From a virus, in the IMG/VR virus record IMGVR_UViG_3300036781_000420, positions 1 to 64,000 of that record: a stretch of 64,000 nt of DNA; one strand, 5' to 3'. The notes below the pieces were generated by a model that saw only the letters and a list, made by a program, of their open reading frames with translations, had not been told where the DNA came from and ran no database searches. The position numbers and the translations under genes were made by a program. This document shows positions 27,947 through 36,284 of the stretch, in pieces; within the stretch, counting starts at the first letter, position 1; each line of letters opens with the position of its first letter.

Positions 27947-28434
27947 GCGATTACGAACTCTATATGCTGATGGTGGGGACGGCATGCTTTGTGCTGTCTC
28001 TCGTCGCCGGCAATCAGCGCGGCATGGTCTGGATCGCGGCAATCTGCTGCGATCTGATCGTCTCGACATGGTATTGGCGTGCGGGGCTTCCCTTCGCCGA
28101 TGCCGTGACGGGCACGCTGGATTTCAGCGTCTGTGCCGCGATCTATTGTTTTGGGCGGCACCAGTGGGAACTCCATATCTGGCTGTTGTTCCAACTGTCG
28201 ATGCTCGCCAGCATCGCCGATGCCGGTTCGGTATTGTTCGCGGGCGCCGGTATCGACCACGACGCTTACTCGGCGGTGCTCGAACTGATCAATTATCTGG
28301 CGTTCATCCTGATCGGGGGAGTGTCGTCCTATGCCCTCGCAGGTCGCCGAAATATTGGCCTTTATCGGCCTTGGCGCTGGCTTCGTCCTGCTGGTTTTCC
28401 TCTACTCGCGGAAAAGCGCCGAACTCAAGGATAA
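27943..28434 (+). CDS. multi-pass membrane protein
   Basis: 163 aa with 4-5 hydrophobic segments. The C-terminal ~30 aa may be read-through overlapping the 28331 mini-ORF. Confidence 0.5.
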   Translation: MSDYELYMLMVGTACFVLSLVAGNQRGMVWIAAICCDLIVSTWYWRAGLPFADAVTGTLDFSVCAAIYCFGRHQWELHIWLLFQLSMLASIADAGSVLFAGAGIDHDAYSAVLELINYLAFILIGGVSSYALAGRRNIGLYRPWRWLRPAGFPLLAEKRRTQG

Positions 28435-28459
28435 GCAGCGTGACCGGCGGCGACATTGA
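28331..28459 (+). CDS. 42-aa single-pass membrane peptide
   Basis: Not in the ORF track because it is under 60 aa. GGGGAG RBS lies 9 nt upstream. Sequence is MPSQVAEILAFIGLGAGFVLLVFLYSRKSAELKDKQRDRRRH, that is, a TM segment plus a basic tail. Confidence 0.35.
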   Translation: MPSQVAEILAFIGLGAGFVLLVFLYSRKSAELKDKQRDRRRH

Positions 28460-28733
28460 TATCCCGTCGCTGCCGGTGGCTGCGGCAGCCGATCAAATCC
28501 TCAAGGCGGACCCAATCCTCGGCGCGGTCGTTATCTTCCAGACGGCGGCCATCTGCTTCCTGATCTGGTGGCTGCTTCGGGTTTACCACGAGAAGGATGA
28601 GGCGCTGGTGGTGAAGGATCGGGAACTCTCCGACTCGAGGGCCGCCCACATCGCGGACCTGAAATTGAATATCCCTGCGATGCAGGAACTGCGAGAAACC
28701 ATTCTCAGCTTGTTGCCGCGGGGCCGCCGGTGA
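28440..28733 (+). CDS. i-spanin-like protein (N-terminal TM plus helical periplasmic part)
   Basis: GTG 28440 is in frame with listed ORF 27930..28733. It has ILGAVVIFQTAAICFLIWWLL followed by a charged helix. The start codon is uncertain. Confidence 0.4.
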   Translation: MTGGDIDIPSLPVAAAADQILKADPILGAVVIFQTAAICFLIWWLLRVYHEKDEALVVKDRELSDSRAAHIADLKLNIPAMQELRETILSLLPRGRR

Positions 28734-28945
28734 TGATCAAGGCGCTATGGAAAATGCTGGGGCAGAAAACCACGGACGTACCGACACCGCCGGCTCCGGC
28801 GTCAGAACGCGAGTACGAAGAATTGCGGTTCAAGATGAGGCGCGAGGCGACGAACCTGAGTCTCGCCAACAAGATCGTGCTGCGCAGCGTTCTTTTCGAT
28901 GAAATGATTGGCACCCGGAAGCATCCCCAAAATGACAGTCACTAG
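28730..28945 (+). CDS. hypothetical small protein
   Basis: 71-aa ORF, ATGA-coupled. Confidence 0.45.
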   Translation: MMIKALWKMLGQKTTDVPTPPAPASEREYEELRFKMRREATNLSLANKIVLRSVLFDEMIGTRKHPQNDSH

Positions 28946-29414
28946 GCTCCGCATCGTCGGCATTTTCATCGCCGCCAACCTGATCTATTGGGTTCCGGCC
29001 CTTCCCTTCCCGGACCAGATGCGCGGCGCCGTCAACGCGGCATTGATGATCCTGTCGCTGATGACATCCATGACGCTGGTGCCGGATATGTTCGATATCT
29101 GGCTGAACCGGGGCGACGGGTTGTCATGGCAGGCGCTGGTCGCTAAAACCGGTCTGTTCCTGCTGTCGCTGAGCTTTTTCCTGACGCGGCTATGGGCGCT
29201 GTTCCTCGCCGAGCAGAATTATCCAGACGACCTGCTGCACGGCCCGGTGAGCGGTTATCTGGCCTACCTGATGGGGCTCGGAATGTTCGGGATTTTCTTC
29301 GGATTCAACAGCGTGGGCGCGGTGGCGCCGCAGATGTCGATTCGCGGAATTGTCGCCGCCGCGCTGATTATCGGTATTATCGTCGGCGTTGTAATCTCGC
29401 GCCTGCCAGTATGA
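28932..29414 (+). CDS. multi-pass membrane protein
   Basis: ATG 28932 is preferred (the listed ORF starts at TTG 28908). It has about 5 hydrophobic segments and is the last gene of the rightward late block. Confidence 0.5.
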   Translation: MTVTRLRIVGIFIAANLIYWVPALPFPDQMRGAVNAALMILSLMTSMTLVPDMFDIWLNRGDGLSWQALVAKTGLFLLSLSFFLTRLWALFLAEQNYPDDLLHGPVSGYLAYLMGLGMFGIFFGFNSVGAVAPQMSIRGIVAAALIIGIIVGVVISRLPV

Positions 29415-29464
29415 GCCAGGGCCGGCGCATCGAAGCGCTGCCCCCGGCATTGATTGACTTCGGA

Positions 29465-30028
29465 TCAGCTATTGTACGTGAACATCGCGGGCGCGCTGCT
29501 ACCGGCGCCGGTGGTGATGACGACCGGAACCGACCCGGTGCCGGCAGGGACAATGACTATCGCCGTACCGTCGTCGGTGACATTGATGCCGGTCGACGGC
29601 ACCGGAATGCCGTTGAAGCTGACGCCTTCGGTCGAAACGAAATCGCTGCCGGTGAGGGTGACCGTATCGCCGGCAATGCCGGTGGGCGGGGAGACCGCAT
29701 TGAGCACGGGCGCGGTGGACGTTACGGACGGGGGCGGCGGCTCGACCACCGGCGGGGCGACGGCTTCGGTATTGGCGAGCGCGGCTTCGGCGGCGGCATT
29801 GGCGTCGAGGGCATCGTTGGTCTGCTTGATCGCGTCGGAGATAGCCTGCAACTGGGCCGGGTCGGCCTGCGACGCGATGGCGTCGTCAAGCTGCTCCTGC
29901 AAATCGGCGATCTTGGTCTTCTGGTCGGTGATCACCTGCGCAATCGCGGTGAGGGCGCTGGTCTGCGCCTGCACCTTGGCGAGCGTGGCCTCGGCGTCGT
30001 TTTCGATTTCGGCAAGGGTCTTCGCCAT
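29465..30028 (-). CDS. coiled-coil protein with C-terminal IPT/TIG-like Ig domain
   Basis: ATG 30028 follows AAGGA, and GC3 rises sharply after it. The C-terminus PVLNAVSPPTGIAGDTVTLTGSDF...GSVPVVITT fits the IPT/TIG pattern. The listed ORF extends to 30400. Confidence 0.6.
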   Translation of the reverse strand: MAKTLAEIENDAEATLAKVQAQTSALTAIAQVITDQKTKIADLQEQLDDAIASQADPAQLQAISDAIKQTNDALDANAAAEAALANTEAVAPPVVEPPPPSVTSTAPVLNAVSPPTGIAGDTVTLTGSDFVSTEGVSFNGIPVPSTGINVTDDGTAIVIVPAGTGSVPVVITTGAGSSAPAMFTYNS

Positions 30029-30201
30029 ATCGGTATCCTTTCGAATGATCAGTTGAAGGGCGGCATAACTCAGGTCGATTTTGCGCTCTAACCGCACGAA
30101 ATCGGCGTAACTCGCAAAGAGGGGCATTCCGGCCTCGCGATTGCTGGCGCGATCTACAATGCAGCGCGGCCCGCGAAAGTTCAATGACAGACGGCGGAGG
30201 C

Positions 30202-30504
30202 TCACAGCAGCATCGGTTCTTCTGGCGCAGGGGACGTTTCGCTTGCCGCGTACGACTCGAAATACAGCGCGTGGGCTTTTTCTCGGTGCTCGGCGCAAGC
30301 CCATATTCCACCTCGCTGGCGGTCGCCGCTCCGCATGGCGGCCCGAATGCTGCCGCCGAAGCCATAGGACGCCTCGGTCGTGCATCCGGAGACGAAGCAA
30401 TCGAACGCCATCACCACACCGGTGGCGCCGCTCGGATGCTGGGTTTTGACGCTGCGAACCGGCATCAGCCCGATCCGAAATGGAAGCTCACAAAGGCGCC
30501 TCAT
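30202..30504 (-). CDS. small Cys-containing hypothetical protein
   Basis: 100-aa ORF with FDCFVSGC...WACAEH. An alternative start is ATG 30411. Confidence 0.4.
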   Translation of the reverse strand: MRRLCELPFRIGLMPVRSVKTQHPSGATGVVMAFDCFVSGCTTEASYGFGGSIRAAMRSGDRQRGGIWACAEHREKAHALYFESYAASETSPAPEEPMLL

Positions 30505-31303
30505 CGATGTTGCGGCGCTCGACCGTGAAGCTGACGGCGACGACCCACGGGTTGATCGACCAGCCGAAGCCGCGATCAGCGTTGAGACTGTCCCAAATGC
30601 TCTCGTAGGACGCCCTCGGCGTCTCGCTCACATGCCATTGGTCATGTGACCACCCGCCATGGGAGAGGTGGTTCTTAGGCTCGTAGAGCGTCGCCCCTTC
30701 GGCTCTGGCACCCGCCTCGCTGATCTCCTGCACTCGTTGCACCCGCACCTCGGTGACGGTGAGCGTCAGGCGCGAGGCCCAGCGGGGCATGTGCATGGCT
30801 TGGCGAAACTTGCCGGCGCCGCCCGACATCTCATCGTCCCCGATGATCCACTCCCTGCCGGCGAGGCCCTTGGTGATCGAAAGATTGCCGCCAGTTTCGT
30901 AGTAGATGCCGGCGCCGCGCTCTAGATTGGGAGCCCAGATGTCGCGCGGAGCGATCTTGTCGAGGCTGACGAAGGTGCGCCACGCCTCCCTGACATAGAG
31001 CCGGTCGCCGACTTCGATGCGAGGCCAGAGCCGCTTCACAGTCCCCGGCCAACCCATGTCGAGGCAGCGCGGGCAATCGCAGGCCGGCCCAACTTCCACA
31101 TGGCACGGAACATGAAGGTACTGGCCGCTCTCGGCGCGCCCATCGACATACGCCGCGGCAAAATTCCCGTGCGCCCAGAAGTCGCGTGGCGCGCCGCCGA
31201 ACGCGGCATTGCCGACGGTCATCACCCGCCGCGTCTGCGTCTTGGTGCCTGCGAGCAGCGAGCGAACCATCGGACCGTTAAACAGAATGGGACGGTCGTT
31301 CAA
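30488..31303 (-). CDS. ASCH-like phage protein
   Basis: N-terminus ILFNGPMVRSLLAGTKTQTRRV matches the ASCH-type motif ..L.G.KT.T.R (compare YqfB ILAGRKTITIRD). Confidence 0.6.
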   Translation of the reverse strand: MNDRPILFNGPMVRSLLAGTKTQTRRVMTVGNAAFGGAPRDFWAHGNFAAAYVDGRAESGQYLHVPCHVEVGPACDCPRCLDMGWPGTVKRLWPRIEVGDRLYVREAWRTFVSLDKIAPRDIWAPNLERGAGIYYETGGNLSITKGLAGREWIIGDDEMSGGAGKFRQAMHMPRWASRLTLTVTEVRVQRVQEISEAGARAEGATLYEPKNHLSHGGWSHDQWHVSETPRASYESIWDSLNADRGFGWSINPWVVAVSFTVERRNIDEAPL

Positions 31304-31644
31304 AGGTCCACTCCCCGATTGCGCAGAGCGTGGATCGACTCCAGGCAGCTCGCGTCCTCTACCTCGATGTCGGCGAGGTTGTGTTCTTGCACCGCCAGAA
31401 CCTCCTGCAATTTGGAGATGTTCTGCCGGGTTCGTTCGATGTCGTCGCGAAACTGGCTCTTTTCCTTCACCAGTTCGGCGTGGCGCAGTTCGTCCTGCTC
31501 CAAGCGCTGCTGAGCGCGGGTAAGGATTTGCGTGCCGGCCTGTCTCTCGCGCTCGCGGGCAATCGCCCTGCTGAGGGCGGGATTATCGAGCGCAGAACTT
31601 GCGGCCGCAAGCACGTCGGTCATCGTCTGTGATTTGTCGTTCAT
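31300..31644 (-). CDS. coiled-coil hypothetical protein
   Basis: 114-aa helical E/R/Q-rich ORF, ATGA-coupled at both ends. Confidence 0.6.
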   Translation of the reverse strand: MNDKSQTMTDVLAAASSALDNPALSRAIARERERQAGTQILTRAQQRLEQDELRHAELVKEKSQFRDDIERTRQNISKLQEVLAVQEHNLADIEVEDASCLESIHALRNRGVDL

Positions 31645-32045
31645 GGTTTGCCTCGTTTCGGAAAAGGGCGGCTTACCATCGGGCGGGCGCCCTGCTGGAA
31701 GCCGCGACTACGGATCGGGTGCTTGGCGTCGCGCCGGTCTTCGACGGGCCCGGCCGCGCGGCGGATGCGGTTGGACTTGGCGATCATCGCCTTGTCGCGC
31801 CGGCTTTTGATCTTGTGACACGGCATCGGATGGGCATGGATCGGCGCCAGGTTCTCGTCTGCATCGGCGCTGGCATCTGGCAGCAGCTCGCGGGCGGTGA
31901 GGTGTTCAATGTCCCATGGCTGGCCGGGTTCGATAGGTTGCTCGCACCAATAGCAAACGCCTCCATGCAGGACGAGAAAGGCAGCACGTTGCGCCTTGGT
32001 GAAGCGGCGGCGCGGAGCGTGATTATACGTCACGCCACCTCCCAC
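31641..32045 (-). CDS. HNH endonuclease
   Basis: CYWCEQPIEPGQPWDIEHLTA...NLAPIHAHPMPCHKIKS gives CxxC...H-N-H...C.H. Confidence 0.8.
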   Translation of the reverse strand: MGGGVTYNHAPRRRFTKAQRAAFLVLHGGVCYWCEQPIEPGQPWDIEHLTARELLPDASADADENLAPIHAHPMPCHKIKSRRDKAMIAKSNRIRRAAGPVEDRRDAKHPIRSRGFQQGARPMVSRPFPKRGKP

Positions 32046-32302
32046 GCGAACCGCCTCTGCTGGAAGCCGACCACCGGCATCCGGACCGGCCGTTCATTCT
32101 CCGTTTCGGTTTCGGCCTGCATCGGCGGTGCCGACTTGATCGTGCTCGGATGCGGCCCCAATTGCAGACGCTCCGCTTTCGACACCACCGTGCTGCGAGT
32201 GGCGTCGATAAACTCGCAGATACTGTTGATGTCGCGGCCCTCCCGCCAATAGGAAATGAGGATGGCGATGCGGCCGTGGGTCCATCGATATTTCGGGTTC
32301 AT
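32030..32302 (-). CDS. GcrA N-terminal-domain-like DNA-binding protein
   Basis: WTHGRIAILISYWREGRDINSICEFIDATRSTVVSKAERLQL aligns with Caulobacter GcrA WTDERVSTLKKLWLDGLSASQIAKQLGGVTRNAVIGKVHRLGL. ATG 32302 is ATGA-coupled. There is no GcrA C-terminal domain. Confidence 0.65.
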   Translation of the reverse strand: MNPKYRWTHGRIAILISYWREGRDINSICEFIDATRSTVVSKAERLQLGPHPSTIKSAPPMQAETETENERPVRMPVVGFQQRRFAWEVA

Positions 32303-32775
32303 TTCTTGGTCCTGTTGGAATTGCCGTTCGGACGCCGTTCGTCCATCCACATTTGCCAGGGGTCATCGCCCCAATGCTCCACCATGAAGGCGCGTACGCG
32401 CTCGAAGAAAGCCTCGAAAGTGGGGTCGTCCATGTTGTCGATTGCGATGCTGTCGGGCACCACGCGAAAGCTGCCGTCGATCCGGTAAATCTTTTCGGTA
32501 TGCCCAAGCTCCTCCATCAGCATGTTGTGGAGCTTGCGCGTTGTCGGCCATTGCAGTTGCGATGCCTCATCGAGGTTTTCGAGCAGCAGGGCGAGGCCAC
32601 CCCAGTACCAGCCCATTTTCCCGGCGCGCTTGAAATTGGTGATGGTGACGCCGAGCGAGGCGTTCATCGGATAACTGCTCATGCGCTCATCGGCCCATGG
32701 CTCGGTGGGGAACAACCCCACCTCGCCCGCTTTGTGCGCTGGCCGGCGCGTGAACATCAGCTTCGGTGTGGCCAT
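32299..32775 (-). CDS. hypothetical phage protein
   Basis: 158-aa ORF immediately downstream of recT. Family not recognised. Confidence 0.6.
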   Translation of the reverse strand: MATPKLMFTRRPAHKAGEVGLFPTEPWADERMSSYPMNASLGVTITNFKRAGKMGWYWGGLALLLENLDEASQLQWPTTRKLHNMLMEELGHTEKIYRIDGSFRVVPDSIAIDNMDDPTFEAFFERVRAFMVEHWGDDPWQMWMDERRPNGNSNRTKK

Positions 32776-32776
32776 T

Positions 32777-33967
32777 TTATTTCAGCGGCCGACCGAGCGG
32801 TTTCATCGGTCTGTCTCCCGGAAAGATATCGCCTTGGCCTTCATCCTCATCGGGCGGCGGGAAATCGTCGCCGGTGATTTCTCCGGTTTCCGGATCGTGC
32901 GAAATGGTCGCCCGGTCGATGAGCGCCCGGCGCATGTCGAACGCCTTCTGCAAATCGTCCGGCAGGTCGCTAAGCACCGATTCGACATCGTGCTCGTCCC
33001 ATGCCTGGATAATAGCGTCCTCGCCAACGGCAAGCGACATGTCTCCCTCGACCGTTTCGAGGAACTGTTCGACACTCACGGGCTCCCCGTTGATCGTCAG
33101 AATACGCGACGGCGGCCCATCGGAAGGGGCGCCAGCGGCCGTTTGGTGATCCTCCGCCATATCGACCACCGGCAATGAGGATGGCTGCGGCTCATCGTTC
33201 TCCGGCTCATCCTGTGGCGGGGGCGGCGGTACCGTGCTGTCGATCTGTCGGGGAGGCGTGACATCGACCAGCATTTCGATATCCCGCGCCTCGAATTCAT
33301 CCAGCATGCCGCCCAGCACGTCGGCGAACAGCCAGCGCATGCAATAGCCGGTGGCGCGCCATTGGAGCATCCGCTTCCAGAACCGGTGCCACGGCGAGTC
33401 GTTGGCGGCTTCGTAGCTGTCGCCGCCCTTCTTGTAGCGCTTCACCCTGTCAGCCGGAGACCAGAGCCCGGCAATCTTGGCGTCGGCAATGCTGAATTCC
33501 TCGCGGTGCGTCTCGCCATTGTCGGCTCGCTTGGCTTCGCACCATCCATAGGATTCGTCCGTCATTTCGCCCGTCGGGCCGCGAACGGCCTCGAACCCGG
33601 CGTGGATGTAGACGGCAAGTTTTTCGCCATTCGGCATCCTGGCTTTGCGCACCACTGCGACATTGCCATCGCCGTAAAGCATCACCTTGCCGTTGATGTT
33701 GCCGAACATGCGCAGCGCCGCCATCGGCGGAACGCCGAGTTCCATGCCCGCCATGAGGACACTGCCGATTGCCGCCTTGTTGCGGATCGCCACGCGTTCG
33801 GCGTTTTCGTCTTCCCTTGGGGGCGGGGCCAGCGACAGAGGGGCAAGCCCGCTGCCAAGGATGGTCCCGGCAATGCGGCCAAGTTCGTCGAAGTTCTGCG
33901 GCACGATGGCCAGCACCTCGCCGCCGACCGGCAGCGGTGCGAATGCTTTGGGCTGAGTGTCGCTCAT
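32777..33967 (-). CDS. recT: RecT-family single-strand annealing protein
   Basis: AAIGSVLMAGMELGVPPMAALRMFGNINGKVMLYGD...WHRFWKRMLQWRATGYCMR is RecT-like. ATG 33967 is ATGA-coupled (the listed ORF starts at GTG 33979). Confidence 0.8.
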   Translation of the reverse strand: MSDTQPKAFAPLPVGGEVLAIVPQNFDELGRIAGTILGSGLAPLSLAPPPREDENAERVAIRNKAAIGSVLMAGMELGVPPMAALRMFGNINGKVMLYGDGNVAVVRKARMPNGEKLAVYIHAGFEAVRGPTGEMTDESYGWCEAKRADNGETHREEFSIADAKIAGLWSPADRVKRYKKGGDSYEAANDSPWHRFWKRMLQWRATGYCMRWLFADVLGGMLDEFEARDIEMLVDVTPPRQIDSTVPPPPPQDEPENDEPQPSSLPVVDMAEDHQTAAGAPSDGPPSRILTINGEPVSVEQFLETVEGDMSLAVGEDAIIQAWDEHDVESVLSDLPDDLQKAFDMRRALIDRATISHDPETGEITGDDFPPPDEDEGQGDIFPGDRPMKPLGRPLK

Positions 33968-34188
33968 GGTCTTTCCCACATGGATTTCAGAATGAATGTC
34001 GCCGTTTCGATGTTCGAGGCGCTGATGAGATAGGCGGCACGGAATGCCGACAGGATTTCGACGAAAAGGGTCGTCGAGAAATCGATGATCATCCCCAGGA
34101 TCACAGCCAGCACCAGCACGATGGAAACGACGATTTTTACCGCGACGGGCAGGCAGGCCAGTTCTTCCTCGGTGTACTCGTCCATCAT
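33964..34188 (-). CDS. small membrane protein
   Basis: 74 aa with the hydrophobic segment VVSIVLVLAVILGMIIDF. Confidence 0.5.
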   Translation of the reverse strand: MMDEYTEEELACLPVAVKIVVSIVLVLAVILGMIIDFSTTLFVEILSAFRAAYLISASNIETATFILKSMWERP

Positions 34189-35255
34189 TCCCTCGTTTTC
34201 TCGATCACCATCCCCGAAAGCGCGATGCCTGCCTTTGCCGCCCGGTCGGCGAGCCTCTTGATCATGTCCTGCAATTCCGGATGTCCGGTATCGAGCAGCG
34301 CCAGCGTCAGCGCCCGCATATCGGTGATGTTGGCCCGGGTGACCGTGCGCAGCCCGACGGCCCTGCCATACGAACTGGTTGCCTGCACCTTGGGCGCCTC
34401 GGTCACGGCCGGCGCCAGTTCCTCGATCTGCTCGGCCACGGGAGGCGGCGCCGAATCGCCATTTTCGACAGCGTCTGCAAAGGCAACCCGCGCCTCAGCC
34501 ATGCGCCGTTCATTCTCCTGCCGGATACGCTCGTTTTCGGCGTCGATTTCCGCCTGCCGGACCCGCCGCGCGGCCTCTGCCGCCGCCCGTTGCCGGTCTT
34601 CCTCCGCCTTTACCCACGCCTTGGCCAAGCCCAGCACGCGGACCCGTTCGTCGGATGCGGGCGTGATGACCGGCAGCCACTTCGCCTGCACCGCCTTGCT
34701 GGCGTCGTCGTGCGGACGCTTTTCCTTGTCGCGCTCGGCATTGCCCAGCTTGAACAGCGTCTGCAACCGTTCGGCCATTTCGTTGGCTTTACGAGCGCCG
34801 TCAGCGTCGATCACGGCCGTGATCTTCTGCGCACTTTCGACGGCAGATGCGATCTGGTCGGCAATCGCCTCCTCGGCCGGCGGCGCGTTATCGCCCAGAC
34901 CGGTCATGGAGAACCCAGCCTTCTCCGCCTCGGTCTGCCTGCGGGCCGGCTTGCCATCGTTCGGCCAGACGCCATGCGCCACGGCGGCATCGTATTCGAC
35001 GACGCTGACGGCAATGCACTTCGTCCAGCCGTTACCGATGAACTCGTGCCAGTCGGTCGAATTCTGCGAGACCGCTTCCTGCCGGCCGATTTTCAGCAAT
35101 TGCCCGGTTCCGGTCGGCCAGATCGCGACGGGGTAATCCGGCTTGGTCTTCGCGCCGACGATCCGCCAGCGCCCGCAGATGTTGGAATCGGTATCGTGTT
35201 CGTGGGCGCGGCCATTCAATTCGGCCCGCCAATTCGAATATTCTTCGTTGGGCAA
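34185..35255 (-). CDS. hypothetical early protein with central coiled coil
   Basis: TTG start at 35255 follows GGAGA. It is 356 aa and the first gene of the leftward early operon. Confidence 0.6.
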   Translation of the reverse strand: MPNEEYSNWRAELNGRAHEHDTDSNICGRWRIVGAKTKPDYPVAIWPTGTGQLLKIGRQEAVSQNSTDWHEFIGNGWTKCIAVSVVEYDAAVAHGVWPNDGKPARRQTEAEKAGFSMTGLGDNAPPAEEAIADQIASAVESAQKITAVIDADGARKANEMAERLQTLFKLGNAERDKEKRPHDDASKAVQAKWLPVITPASDERVRVLGLAKAWVKAEEDRQRAAAEAARRVRQAEIDAENERIRQENERRMAEARVAFADAVENGDSAPPPVAEQIEELAPAVTEAPKVQATSSYGRAVGLRTVTRANITDMRALTLALLDTGHPELQDMIKRLADRAAKAGIALSGMVIEKTRE

Positions 35256-35291
35256 AGGCGTTCTCCTGTTTCGTATTGCGCTCTAAGTTGA

Positions 35292-35317
35292 GCGGTGTTA
35301 CCTCATATGTCAACCGC
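35292..35317. promoter_or_regulatory. imperfect inverted repeat (candidate operator) overlapping a TTGACA -35 on the minus strand
   Basis: GCGGTGTTAC-CTCATAT-GTCAACCGC lies in the 86-bp divergent gap. The minus-strand TTGACA is at 35308-35313. Confidence 0.35.
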
Positions 35318-35341
35318 AAAACAAAGCAAGGTAGCGTGTAA

Positions 35342-35506
35342 ATGGCGACGACAATTCGGGTGCAGGCAAGTTTGCGAAAGCCTCTCGGCGACGAGGTGCG
35401 CCGGCTCGCCGCGCAGGAAGGGCGGACCGTAGGAGATATGGTCGAGCGTCTGGTTGACGAGGCGGTCAAGGATCGTGCGGCCAAAGGCCTCGCGAACGTC
35501 GTATGA
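35342..35506 (+). CDS. ribbon-helix-helix (Arc/CopG-type) regulator, 54 aa
   Basis: Not in the ORF track because it is under 60 aa. MATTIRVQASLRKPLGDEVRRLAAQEGRTVGDMVERLVDEAVKDRAAKGLANVV has the strand-helix-helix pattern. The stop overlaps the next ATG. There is no obvious RBS, so it may be leaderless. Confidence 0.6.
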   Translation: MATTIRVQASLRKPLGDEVRRLAAQEGRTVGDMVERLVDEAVKDRAAKGLANVV

Positions 35507-35829
35507 GGCGCGGTTGCGTCTATTGCGGGACGCGAATGCAGCACGGGCGCCCCGGCGCACTGCATGGGCCTGCGGTCCGCTCGATCGATCATGTCCATCC
35601 GATCTCGGCCGGCAAGCATCTCAACCGGTCGCGGATATGGCTCGAACTCAACGAAGTGGTGTGCTGCCAGCGTTGCAACAACCTGAAGGATTCCATGTCG
35701 CCACTGGCATGGCTGCGGATAATGCCGGCTTACGGCGTCAGCGATCTTGCCGCCCGGCTACAGCGCATGGGCATCGCTTCCGGCGATATTCAGGCGGCGA
35801 TCAGCCTGCGGGCCGGAGCGCGCGTCTGA
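35503..35829 (+). CDS. HNH-type endonuclease
   Basis: CVYCGTRM...IDHVHPISAG...NEVVCCQRCNNLK. Confidence 0.65.
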   Translation: MRRGCVYCGTRMQHGRPGALHGPAVRSIDHVHPISAGKHLNRSRIWLELNEVVCCQRCNNLKDSMSPLAWLRIMPAYGVSDLAARLQRMGIASGDIQAAISLRAGARV

Positions 35830-36284
35830 TGGCCCGTGGCGGCGCATGGTTGCGAACGGGGCGCGTCAATGGCAGCGATGCGGCGGCGAGGCGAATCATC
35901 GTCCATGTCTGCAACGGCTGCGGGCTGTGGCACGAAGGCAAGAAGCCGGCGCAATGCCTTTCCTGCGGCCGTATGGATTTCACCCGGTTCGATTCGAAGG
36001 GGGAGGCCAAGTATTTTGCCACCTTGCAGATGCTCGAACGGGCCGGCGAAATATCGGACCTGCGCCGGCAGGTGGTGCTACCGTTGATGACGGTGGGGCG
36101 TGAAGGACTGCCCGTGCAGTGGAGCAAGATGATCGTCGATTACGCCTATTCCGACGATACAGGCGCCCATTTTCTCGACTTCAAGCCCGCCGCCGGCATG
36201 TCGCCAGATAGTGCTTTGAAAATTCGGTGCCTTGAGGCTCAGGGCATCATTGTTGAAATCGTAACCTCGAAAGGCAGAGACTGA
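35829..36284 (+). CDS. DUF1064-like nuclease (tentative)
   Basis: ATG 35829 overlaps the previous TGA. FDSKGEAKYFATLQMLERAGEISDLRRQVVLPL resembles DUF1064 FDSKKEA..Y..L..LEKAG.I.DL..Q. It has an N-terminal CxxC...CxxC. Confidence 0.55.
   Translation: MARGGAWLRTGRVNGSDAAARRIIVHVCNGCGLWHEGKKPAQCLSCGRMDFTRFDSKGEAKYFATLQMLERAGEISDLRRQVVLPLMTVGREGLPVQWSKMIVDYAYSDDTGAHFLDFKPAAGMSPDSALKIRCLEAQGIIVEIVTSKGRD

Noticed and set aside
29421-29449. Hairpin between the convergent genes at 29414/29465 as a bidirectional terminator
   Set aside because: Only short interrupted stems (GCCGG/CCGGC and GCGC/GCGC) and no U-tract, which is too weak to call.
35980-36000. tRNA T-arm-like word GGTTCGATTCG
   Set aside because: It lies inside the DUF1064-like CDS (encoding TRFDSK). 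No acceptor or anticodon arms can be drawn around it, and no other tRNA-like cloverleaf was seen in the window.
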